In this document: positions 35,026 to 43,400 of the stretch, piece after piece
Layout of the letters: every line of letters begins with the position of its first letter
How positions within the stretch are numbered: the first letter of the stretch is position 1
Source of the DNA: Terriglobia bacterium
GTDB taxonomy: Bacteria; Acidobacteriota; Terriglobia; Bryobacterales; Bryobacteraceae
Assembly (NCBI GenBank): GCA_020073365.1
Contig: JAIQFL010000010.1
Span: 145-64,144 of the forward strand
DNA length: 64,000 nt
Direction of reading: 5' to 3'
Notes under the pieces: model-generated
Database searches by the model: none
Told to the model about the DNA's origin: nothing
What the model saw: only the letters and a program-made list of their open reading frames with translations
Program-made: the position numbers and the translations under genes

Positions 35026-36302
35026 GGTTCACTCTCCTCGACGATGGTTCCGGGATCCGCGATCTTACCTGCGATGGCCGACGCGGCCACCACGGCCGGG
35101 CTGGCAAGATACACCAGCGAGTCCTTGCTGCCCATGCGGCCCAGGAAGTTGCGATTGGTGGATGAAACACAGATCTCACCGGCGGCCAGGATCCCCTGGT
35201 GGACGCCGACACAAGGGCCGCACCCCGGCGGGTTGATCATGGCCCCGGCGGCGACCAGCGTCTCCAGGTAGCCGAGCCGCATGGCATCGCGGTAGATCTG
35301 CTGGGATGCCGGAATGACCACCAGCCTGGTGCGCGGGTGGACGCTGCGCCCGGCGACGATCCGCGCGGCGATCTCCAGGTCTTCGAGGCGCCCGTTGGTG
35401 CAGGAGCCCAACACCGCCTGATCCACCAGCACCTCGCCCAAGGCCGAGAGAGGCTTGACGTGGTCCACCGAATGCGGACAGGCCACCTGTGGCTCCCACA
35501 GGTCCTCGCCGGCGTCGATGCGAATGACGCGCTCGTATGCTGCGCCGGCATCGGCCGCGATCATCTCCAGCTTTTCCGGCGTCCGAGGGCGCAGATAGTC
35601 CAGCAGGACTTCGTCCACGGGGGTGAACGCAACCTTGGCGCCCATCTCCATGGCGAGGTTCGTCAGCACCATGCGCGAAGCCACGGTCATGCGCCGGATG
35701 GCCGGCCCGTCGAACTCCACGGCGCGATAGTCGGCGCCATCGGCCCCCAGCATTCCGATGATGTACAGGATCAGGTCCTTGGCGCAGACCCAGGGACGGA
35801 ATTCGCCTTCCACTTCAATCCGCAGCGTGGAGGGAACCTTGAACCACAGCTTGCCCTCCGCCCAGACTCCGGCCATTTCGGTGGCTCCGATGCCGGTGGC
35901 GAAGGCCCCGAAAGCGCCGTGGGTGGTGGTGTGGGAGTCCGTGCCCACCAGGACCATGCCGGGGCGGACATGGCCATTTTCCGGCAGCACCTGGTGGCAA
36001 ATGCCGCCGCGCCCGACGTCGTAGAAATGCGGGATCGCTTGCGCGGCCACGAACTCGCGGACGGCCTTGTGGGTGGTGGCGGTCTTCTCCGATTCGGCGG
36101 GTACGCGGTGATCGAAGATGATGACGATCTTCGACGGGTCCCAGACGCGGGCCACCCCGATTTCGAGAAAGCTCTTGCGGACGAGGTCGGCGTTCTCGTG
36201 GCTCATAGCGAGGTCCACGCGCGCGACGACGATCTGGTCCGGAGAGACGCGCTCGCGTCCGGAGGCGCGGGCGAGTATCTTTTCAGCTAACGTCATGCTC
36301 AT
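35007..36302 (-). CDS. aconitase-family hydro-lyase large subunit (LeuC type 2 / homoaconitase-like)
   Basis: 431 aa. MTLAEKIL, VGTDSHTTTHGAFGAF, LGSCTNGRLEDL, GCGPCVG, STNRNFLGRMG (Fe-S cluster cysteines). Confidence 0.85.
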   Translation of the reverse strand: MSMTLAEKILARASGRERVSPDQIVVARVDLAMSHENADLVRKSFLEIGVARVWDPSKIVIIFDHRVPAESEKTATTHKAVREFVAAQAIPHFYDVGRGGICHQVLPENGHVRPGMVLVGTDSHTTTHGAFGAFATGIGATEMAGVWAEGKLWFKVPSTLRIEVEGEFRPWVCAKDLILYIIGMLGADGADYRAVEFDGPAIRRMTVASRMVLTNLAMEMGAKVAFTPVDEVLLDYLRPRTPEKLEMIAADAGAAYERVIRIDAGEDLWEPQVACPHSVDHVKPLSALGEVLVDQAVLGSCTNGRLEDLEIAARIVAGRSVHPRTRLVVIPASQQIYRDAMRLGYLETLVAAGAMINPPGCGPCVGVHQGILAAGEICVSSTNRNFLGRMGSKDSLVYLASPAVVAASAIAGKIADPGTIVEESEPCLMEV

Positions 36303-36320
36303 GATCGTTTCCTTCCGGAC

Positions 36321-37229
36321 TCAGCGCACGGCGCCGGCCAACGCCGGCAGGTACTCTTGCTCCAGCGCGCGGTACTCCGGCAAGCCCACGAATTCGGTGT
36401 ACGCCTTAAAACTGCTGACCCAATGGGTTTCACCGGCCAGAATGCCGGTGGGGGAGCCATGGAGCGCCTCGAAGAAATCCTGGAGGGCTTTGTGCATCAC
36501 CATGATGGAAGCGACTGGAATGCTTACCCGCGCCACACCCATACGGGCCAGCTCGGGGATGGGAATCAGCTCGGTCTTGACGCCAGTCACCGCGTCCATC
36601 AGGTTGACCGAGAGCAGTCCGTGAATCTCACGGGCGGCATACTCGATGTCGGCGCGGGTGCGGATACCATCGAGGAAGACCATGTCGGCGCCGGCATCCA
36701 GGTAGAGGTTGGCCCGAAAGATGGCTTCGTGCAATCCATGGACGGCGTAGGAATCGGTGCGTGCGTTGATGACGATATCGGCGCCCAGGCGGCGGCGCAC
36801 GTCGATCATGGCGCGCACCTTCCCCACCATTTCCTCGGCGGGGATCACCTGCTTGCCTTCCATGTGGCCGCAGCGCTTGGGAAACACCTGATCTTCGATG
36901 TTGACCCCGGCCACGCCCATCTCGATGAGGCGCTCGGTGATGGACGCGGCATTGATGGCATTGCCGCCGCCGGTATCGATGTCGGCCATCACCGGGATCC
37001 GGACCGCACGGGCGATGTGGCCGGTGATGTCGAGGATATCCTTCATATCCACCAGTCCGACGTCGGGCTTGCCGAGCAGGCTCCCGGCAAGGCCGAAACC
37101 GCTGATCTGTAGGGCTTCAAACCCGACGCTTTCGACGATCCTGGCACTCAGCGTGTCATGACATCCCGGCACTACCAGGGCCTTGCGGCGCTGCAGCGCC
37201 GACCGCAGAACGGACGCTCGATCATTCAT
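36321..37229 (-). CDS. isocitrate lyase/PEP mutase superfamily lyase (methylisocitrate-lyase-like)
   Basis: 302 aa. VVPGCHDTLSARIVE, VMADIDTGGGN, NIEDQVFPKRCGHMEGKQV (the KRCGH motif of the lyase branch). Confidence 0.85.
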   Translation of the reverse strand: MNDRASVLRSALQRRKALVVPGCHDTLSARIVESVGFEALQISGFGLAGSLLGKPDVGLVDMKDILDITGHIARAVRIPVMADIDTGGGNAINAASITERLIEMGVAGVNIEDQVFPKRCGHMEGKQVIPAEEMVGKVRAMIDVRRRLGADIVINARTDSYAVHGLHEAIFRANLYLDAGADMVFLDGIRTRADIEYAAREIHGLLSVNLMDAVTGVKTELIPIPELARMGVARVSIPVASIMVMHKALQDFFEALHGSPTGILAGETHWVSSFKAYTEFVGLPEYRALEQEYLPALAGAVR

Positions 37230-37778
37230 GGAATGGCTTCTCCTTGGCTACCACTCCACCTATAACAGATTTCAGATGCCGGTGTCTGGTATGGGCGGGC
37301 GGACGTCGCCGCCGGTAGGGGGGCCGGCTAGGGGGGCCGCCCGTTCATGAGCGCCAACTTAAAGCGCCACAGTTTCAAGGGCAGTTGGCAGGAGCCGTGG
37401 AAGCCGTCGTTTCGGAGCTGAGAATGCCTATGACGGATATCCTCTGGTTGGGTTAATATATTGAGCCTCCATAGCTGTTATTTTAGGAAAGAGCCATCTG
37501 TTCGAGCCCCCGTCTGAGTTCCGGGAGTGGATGAATCTAAGTCGTACGAGACCTGTTATAACCTGCTATACTGAGGCTGGCATCTCCCACCAAGAGCCGT
37601 GCGGCAAGCTGTTTTCCGGCCCGCTGAACCGTCCGTTCCTGATGTCTTTTGCCAGAATGGACGACATCCGCGCATATCTCTTCGGCGCCCGCAGCGAGAA
37701 AAGAGTTTGAGCGGAAGAGAAAGGTTAGGCCGTTGCTGCCCCATGAGAGCGCTCCGGCCCGATAAAAGGAGCTATTTT

Positions 37779-38051
37779 GTGAACAACATTCTTGTTGGGA
37801 ATCTCAGTCCAAACGTTACCGAACAGGACCTTCGATCCCTCTTTGAAACGCAGGGCGCCGTTCAGCGGTCCAAGATGATGACGGATCGTTGGACCGGCCT
37901 GTCCAGAGGCTTCGGATTCGTTCAGATGAAGAGCGATGCCGAAGCCGAAAAGGCAATCGGCGTGCTCAATGGCACGGACCTCAACGGCAAAGCCTTGAAG
38001 GTGAACCAAGCCCGTCCGCAACTGCATCGCAGGAGTGGAAAGCAGGGATAA
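37779..38051 (+). CDS. RRM-type RNA-binding protein
   Basis: GTG 37779 preceded by AAAGGAG. RNP2 ILVGNL, RNP1 RGFGFVQM. About 90 aa. Confidence 0.8.
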   Translation: MNNILVGNLSPNVTEQDLRSLFETQGAVQRSKMMTDRWTGLSRGFGFVQMKSDAEAEKAIGVLNGTDLNGKALKVNQARPQLHRRSGKQG

Positions 38052-38130
38052 GAAACTCGCGAACGTGTACGGGGCAGTTGCAGGGATGGATCCAAGTCCA
38101 GATTGTTCGATCGCGACATCGACAGCAGTA

Positions 38131-38367
38131 TTATCGTCGCCGCAAGGAATACCTGCTCATTCTTGTAGCTTCGTCAGACCGGCGGTTTGCCGCCATGCTG
38201 TCTTTTAAGACAGCCCTTGCCCGATACTGAGCTTCCTCGAATGAAAGGGCGACACCGTGATCGCCGTGATCGGTAGACCAGCGGAAGTCGTTATGGTGAT
38301 CCTTTTCGGAGACGTTATACTGTGCCTGGTTCCCCGCGACGTCGATAAACGTGAATGACTGGCTCAT
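38131..38367 (-). CDS. hypothetical small protein (78 aa)
   Basis: ORF in a lower-GC patch, 9 nt downstream of the 157-aa ORF. No recognised motif. Confidence 0.4.
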   Translation of the reverse strand: MSQSFTFIDVAGNQAQYNVSEKDHHNDFRWSTDHGDHGVALSFEEAQYRARAVLKDSMAANRRSDEATRMSRYSLRRR

Positions 38368-38376
38368 TTCGCTGGC

Positions 38377-38850
38377 TCACTTCCCGCTGGCACTCGAATA
38401 CGTCTTGAGGATCTTCGGTCTGCTGCCACTCGGCGAGGCTTTCCGGTAAGGTTTGCCTGCCGCTGTACCAACAATCGAGGCCTCTTGGCTTGCCGCCCTT
38501 GGCTCTGTGACACAGACCGGGGGAGTCGATGGGGTGGCGCCGTTCAACTCGGCAAGAGCGGCCTTACCGCTCTCAAGCGCTCGGCTTTGGTCTTTATGCC
38601 GGATGGAGATCACCATCATCCTTACGTGCGGCATGGCCCGATTCAACTTCTCGGGAAGACTGCCTTGCCGCAGTGAGTTAGCACTCACACTGTCGAATCT
38701 ATACGCCTTGTACAGCGCCCCAGACATCTGGTGCATTTCGTAAAGACAGGCATTCCCAGATTCGATTCGATCGTCCCATCGGGTCTCGTCGCCTGTTTCG
38801 AGTGACTGCAGAATGCTCTGCAACAGGTTCTTCGTGCTGTCGTACAACAT
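38377..38850 (-). CDS. hypothetical protein (157 aa)
   Basis: ATG preceded by GAAAGGAA. Helical N-terminal half, low-complexity Ser/Pro/Ala C-terminal third. No recognised motif. Confidence 0.45.
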   Translation of the reverse strand: MLYDSTKNLLQSILQSLETGDETRWDDRIESGNACLYEMHQMSGALYKAYRFDSVSANSLRQGSLPEKLNRAMPHVRMMVISIRHKDQSRALESGKAALAELNGATPSTPPVCVTEPRAASQEASIVGTAAGKPYRKASPSGSRPKILKTYSSASGK

Positions 38851-39074
38851 TAAGACGGCGTTCCTTTCTTCTATCTGGCTGGTGCGGACACTTGAACCTT
38901 GCCGGGCATTGGCGCACGGATCTAAAGGCTAAAAGATTTGACTATGCTCTACTATAACACACCCTCCGTTCCAATTGCTGAATTAACTGAATATAGTTCT
39001 GGGAGTGGGCAGAGCCCCGAATAAACAGACTGCTGGCCCCCAAAGGGCATTTTTGGGCCGGAGAGTTTCCAGGG

Positions 39075-39830
39075 CTAATTCTCCGTCGGCACCCTCTCGG
39101 CGTGGTCCACTATTAGGATCTCAATCGGCGCTTTGCGCAATTCGAGCTTGAGACCCAACTGTTCCTGGACGGCCTCGGGGAGCGTCGTTCCGGATGGGCT
39201 GTCGGCAACCAAGGGCACGTCGCCTTTGCCTTCGCGTGACTGCTGGGGCTCCGGGAACCAGTCCAGCGTGAGGTCATAGGACCCCTTGAGACCGGTCATA
39301 TCCAGCACTGGCATATCCATCCGGCGCGACAGAAATTCCGCGAGTGTGGCCATTGGAACCGTGCCTGCAAAGTGGGTGTTGTTGCTCCGGCTGTGGGAAC
39401 CGGTGTCGGGCACTTCCTTGAATTTGATGCCCCGCTTTCCCACGACCAGACCGTAAACCGAAAGGGTCTTCTGATCGCGGCGGACGACCAGCTTGAACCG
39501 GTCCACCAGCATCTTCTGCATCATGGCGCGCAGCGCCACGCGATACTTTTCCCTGTCATTGGGAAGCGCCTCGGGAAATTTCGCGGCGACATCGAATCGC
39601 TCCGAACTGAGCCAATCCGGGCCCTGGACCTGGAAATCTTTCATTCCGTAAGCGTCCACGATCATGCTTCTGAGGCTGACATTGGTCGACGTGAGCATAC
39701 CTCGATCGCTGCTACTATGCGAACCATTGGACGCGGATTTATTCGGCTTCACGGAAACCACTTCGAATTCCTGGCCCAGCGCTACGCACGCCAACGGCGC
39801 CAGCAGAATGCAGACGAAGATCCCTCGCAT
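39075..39830 (-). CDS. TIGR03435-like ('Solibacter' paralogous family) secreted protein
   Basis: Signal peptide; FEVVSVKPNKS, FKLVVRRDQKTLSVYGLVVGKRGIKFKE, C-terminus LELRKAPIEILIVDHAERVPTEN. Confidence 0.8.
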   Translation of the reverse strand: MRGIFVCILLAPLACVALGQEFEVVSVKPNKSASNGSHSSSDRGMLTSTNVSLRSMIVDAYGMKDFQVQGPDWLSSERFDVAAKFPEALPNDREKYRVALRAMMQKMLVDRFKLVVRRDQKTLSVYGLVVGKRGIKFKEVPDTGSHSRSNNTHFAGTVPMATLAEFLSRRMDMPVLDMTGLKGSYDLTLDWFPEPQQSREGKGDVPLVADSPSGTTLPEAVQEQLGLKLELRKAPIEILIVDHAERVPTEN

Positions 39831-40120
39831 ATGTGCATTTTGACGGATTTGAATCCCAAAGGGTTAGCTCAAGGCCCCCAGGTATAAGCTCTTTGCCTTC
39901 CAGGCGAACAGCTTTCAGCAGGTTTCACCGTTGCTTCGTCACTCGGGGCAGAGTTGGTGGGGCAGGCGCTTCCGCCGGCCAAGTCGATTCATTTTCTCTT
40001 GGAAGGCCAACGGGCCTGCCCCACCCATGGCCGCGCCGGTTTGGGCCAGAACCACGACGGGCACCCCGATGCGGCGCGCTTTTACGGATCTTTTGCCCCG
40101 TGTGCCTCGTCTATCCTGAC

Positions 40121-41005
40121 ATGAGAGTTATCTTGGGAGCCATTCTTGTCATTCTTACGCCCCTGGTGTTGTTGGGCCAGACTGCACCGCCTAAGGCGGA
40201 ATTCGAGGTGGCGTCGGTCCGTCCGTCGGCGCCGCCCGGCGCATCACAAGTGAACGTCGGAGTCCATGTAGACGGCGCGATGGTCGCCTGCACGGCCCTC
40301 TCGTTGAAGGACTACCTCGTAGCTGCGTACCAGGTGAAGTTCTACCAGATTCTGGGGCCTGAGTGGCTGGCGGGGGAGAGGTTCGATATCACCGCCAAAC
40401 TCCCGGACGGGGCCACGCGATCCCAGGTGCCGGCCATGCTGCAAGCCCTGCTCGCGGACCGCTTCGAGATGAAAATGCACCGCGACACCAAGGAGTTTCC
40501 AGTCTATGGCTTGGTGGTCATAAAGGGCGGACCGAGGATGAAAGAATCGCCGCTCGATGAGGAAACCGCCGACGGCCCAGGCGGCCGGGGGGCGGTCAAT
40601 GTCGCCGCCAACGGCGGTCGCGGGGGCGTCAACCTCAGTTTCGGGAAGGGGTCATACTTTACATTCGCGGACAACAAGATCGAAGGCAGGAAATTGACCA
40701 TGGCAGCTTTCGTGGACACGCTGGGGCGCTTCCTGGACCGCCCGGTGGTGGACGCCACCGACTTGACGGGGAATTACGATTTCACACTCACCTTCACGCC
40801 CGAGGACTTCCGCGCCATGCAGATCCGGTCGGCGCTCGCGGCCGGGGTGGTGCTCCCGCCGGAAGCCGTGAAGTTATTGGAGGGCGCGTCCGGAGACTCG
40901 CTGTTCTCCGCCGTTCAGACGATAGGGCTCAAGCTGGAGTCGCGCAAAGCGCCGCTGGAGGTGTTGGTGATCGACTCAGTGCGAAAGACGCCCACCGAGA
41001 ACTAA
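40121..41005 (+). CDS. TIGR03435-like secreted protein (paralog, divergent orientation)
   Basis: ORF trimmed to MRVILGAILVILTPLVLLGQ. FEVASVRPSAP, FEMKMHRDTKEFPVYGLVVIKGGPRMKE, LESRKAPLEVLVIDSVRKTPTEN. Confidence 0.8.
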   Translation: MRVILGAILVILTPLVLLGQTAPPKAEFEVASVRPSAPPGASQVNVGVHVDGAMVACTALSLKDYLVAAYQVKFYQILGPEWLAGERFDITAKLPDGATRSQVPAMLQALLADRFEMKMHRDTKEFPVYGLVVIKGGPRMKESPLDEETADGPGGRGAVNVAANGGRGGVNLSFGKGSYFTFADNKIEGRKLTMAAFVDTLGRFLDRPVVDATDLTGNYDFTLTFTPEDFRAMQIRSALAAGVVLPPEAVKLLEGASGDSLFSAVQTIGLKLESRKAPLEVLVIDSVRKTPTEN

Positions 41006-41006
41006 G

Positions 41007-41032
41007 GTGGGACAGGCCCTTTGGCCTCTCTC
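41007..41032 (+). repeat. GTGG-headed hairpin repeat (family A2): GTGGGACAGGCC-CTTT-GGCCTCTC
   Basis: Begins 1 nt after the TAA stop of the TIGR03435-like gene. Confidence 0.6.
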
Positions 41033-41040
41033 TAACTTTC

Positions 41041-41504
41041 TCACCCCTGCCTCCGCCGGAACTCCCACTCATCTACATATCCCCAAGAGCCATCCCCGAG
41101 CTTCTCTTCATTCACGAACCCAAACTCATCGTTGCTGACCTTGGTCCAGGTTTGCCGCATCTCGCACTCCACCCCGATCATGGTCATGTGGCCTTCGAAC
41201 ACGATGCGGTTCTCCGTCCACCCCGGAGAGCGCAGGATTCCATAAGCGCCGTCCGTCAGCACGTACATCCATTGCAGCTGAAGGGATCGAAAGTGATGTG
41301 GCGACGCTCGACGCCGGCGCGGTCCACCAGGCAGATCCAGGCGTCTTTCTCGCACAGCTTGTAGACGCCAGTTCCCAGGTCCGTGCAGGCCGGGCTCAGG
41401 CGCGTGGCAGGGACCCGATTGGCCGTGTTCCACCCACCTTCAATCCACCGGAACTTTTCCAGTTCGGACAGCCGCAACGCCGGCAGCGGGGAGACGAATT
41501 CCAT
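41041..41504 (-). pseudogene. small hypothetical gene split by an apparent frameshift
   Basis: Frame 1: MEFVSPLPALRLSELEKFRWIEGGWNT...RHITFDPFSCNGCTC*. It overlaps frame 2: ...LQWMYVLTDGAYGILRSPGWTENRIVFEGHMTMIGVECEMRQTWTKVSNDEFGFVNEEKLGDGSWGYVDEWEFRR*. The join is near 41260-41290. Confidence 0.35.
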
Positions 41505-41678
41505 GTTGAAAACCCCCACCTGCCGGTCGGGATCGTTTCGCGCAGGCCCCATCCGCATGATGCCCTGCCAAAGAGTTCTTCCATGAGCATATGACTGAGC
41601 ATACAATCTGCCGGGAGCGCCGGAAGGGCTGGGAGGGCCGGGAGGTTCTTCTTGAACCGCCTCGCATACAATCGAAGG

Positions 41679-43400
41679 ATGCGCGCCCTTCGCTTGCTGC
41701 CTGCCATCCTCCTGGCTGGGTCGTCCCTCCCCGCCCAGTACCGCCGCGGAGTCAATGTCGCCGGCGCAGAGTTCGGAATGAATACCATCCCGGGGACGCT
41801 GGGTCACGACTACACCTTCAACAGCGAGAGCACCTTTCGCTACTTCGGTGAAAAGAAACTCGGCCTCATCCGCCTGACACTCCTGTGGGAACGCCTCCAG
41901 CCGGTTCTTCGAGGTCCCTTGGACCCCGACTATCTTTCCAACCTCAAGCGCAATGTCGCCTGGGCCAAGGCGCACGCCGGCGACGTGATCGTCGATATCC
42001 ACAACTTCGCGCGGTACAGCTTCAACGAGGCCGGGTCGCTCAAGGCCTACATCATCGACAACCCGGCCTCCGACGGCTCTGTCAAGGTCAGTCGCGCCGA
42101 TCTCGCGGACGTATGGGTGCGTCTCTCGAATGAATTCAAGTTCGAAGGCGCTGTCTATGCCTACGACCTAATGAACGAGCCTCACGACATGGGCGGCGGG
42201 AACTGGAAGACCATTTCGCAGGCCGTGGTCGATGCCATCCGCGCCAATCAGGATGACAAGTTGATCCTGATTCCCGGCGACAGTTGGTCGAGCGCCAATC
42301 GATGGCTGCAGACGCACGGCGCTCTGGCATGGATCAACGATCCCGCCAACAACTTCGCGTACGAGGCGCATCAGTATTTCGACCGCGATGAGAGCGGCAC
42401 GTATGCGCTCAGCTACGATGCCGAGCTGGCCAGGAATTCCGACCTCGCCAACGTGGGCCGCACGCGGGTATCGCACTTCCTGGATTGGTGCCGCTCCAAC
42501 AACGTGCGCGGTATCGTCGACGAATATGGCATTCCCAACACCGACACCCGGTGGGCCACGGTTCTCGACAATTTCTTCGCGGCGCTGGATGCCGCCGGTA
42601 TGGACGGCGCCTACTGGGCGGCGGGGGAGTGGTGGGGCAACTACGCGCTGTCGGTACAGCCGGCCGCGAACTTCACGGTGGATCGCCCGCAGATGACCAC
42701 CCTGCTGGCGCACAACGGCGGCGGATATCTGACCGCGCTGTCGGCCGCATCCGCCAGCGTGGCGCGCGCCGCTGCGGGTTCTCTGGTGACGATCTACGGC
42801 GCAGGGTTCACCGAACAGACGGCGCAGGCGACAGCCACACCGTGGCCGGTGGCGCTCGCGGATATTACTGCGCAGGTAACGGATTCCTCAGGCGCCACCG
42901 CCGCGGCCGGCCTGCTATACGTCTCGCCCGGCCAGATCAACCTGCAGATGCCGGCGCTCGCCGCCACGGGGCGCGCCACCATCACGGTCCTCCGCGGCAG
43001 TTCGCCGGTGGCCTCCGGGACCATCCAGTTAGCCGCCACGGCGCCTGCGATCTTCACGGCCAATGGTGCGGGCTACGGCACCGCGGCCGCACAGGTGATT
43101 CGCCTGAGGGCCGATGGATCGGTAGTGTATGAGTCCGCTGCGGCGCCCATCGACTTCGGGCCCGACTCCGACCGCTTGTTCCTGGCCCTCTACGGCACGG
43201 GAGTGCGCTCGACAGCCGTTTCCTTGAGCCTCGCCGGCCAGGACGTGCCTGTGCAATCGGCTGGACCACAGGGCCAGTTCCCCGGACTGGACCAGATCAA
43301 TGTGGGCCTGCCGCGATCGCTCGCCGGCCAGGGGGAGACCGGCATTGGCCTGAGCTGCGACGGCGTCCGCGCCAACGGTGTAACAGTCACCTTCCGGTGA
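41679..43400 (+). CDS. GH5-type glycoside hydrolase with TIGR03437-like C-terminal domain
   Basis: Signal MRALRLLPAILLAGSS. RGVNVAGAEFG, YDLMNEPHDM, AYEAHQYFD. C-terminus GSLVTIYGAGF...LLYVSPGQINLQMP...APAIFTANG...FPGLDQINVGLP. Confidence 0.85.
   Translation: MRALRLLPAILLAGSSLPAQYRRGVNVAGAEFGMNTIPGTLGHDYTFNSESTFRYFGEKKLGLIRLTLLWERLQPVLRGPLDPDYLSNLKRNVAWAKAHAGDVIVDIHNFARYSFNEAGSLKAYIIDNPASDGSVKVSRADLADVWVRLSNEFKFEGAVYAYDLMNEPHDMGGGNWKTISQAVVDAIRANQDDKLILIPGDSWSSANRWLQTHGALAWINDPANNFAYEAHQYFDRDESGTYALSYDAELARNSDLANVGRTRVSHFLDWCRSNNVRGIVDEYGIPNTDTRWATVLDNFFAALDAAGMDGAYWAAGEWWGNYALSVQPAANFTVDRPQMTTLLAHNGGGYLTALSAASASVARAAAGSLVTIYGAGFTEQTAQATATPWPVALADITAQVTDSSGATAAAGLLYVSPGQINLQMPALAATGRATITVLRGSSPVASGTIQLAATAPAIFTANGAGYGTAAAQVIRLRADGSVVYESAAAPIDFGPDSDRLFLALYGTGVRSTAVSLSLAGQDVPVQSAGPQGQFPGLDQINVGLPRSLAGQGETGIGLSCDGVRANGVTVTFR

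Noticed and set aside
37230-37778. Checked the long intergenic region for SRP RNA, tmRNA, RNase P or 6S RNA hallmarks
   Set aside because: I recognised no conserved core motif of these RNAs. I cannot exclude other ncRNAs without a covariance-model scan.
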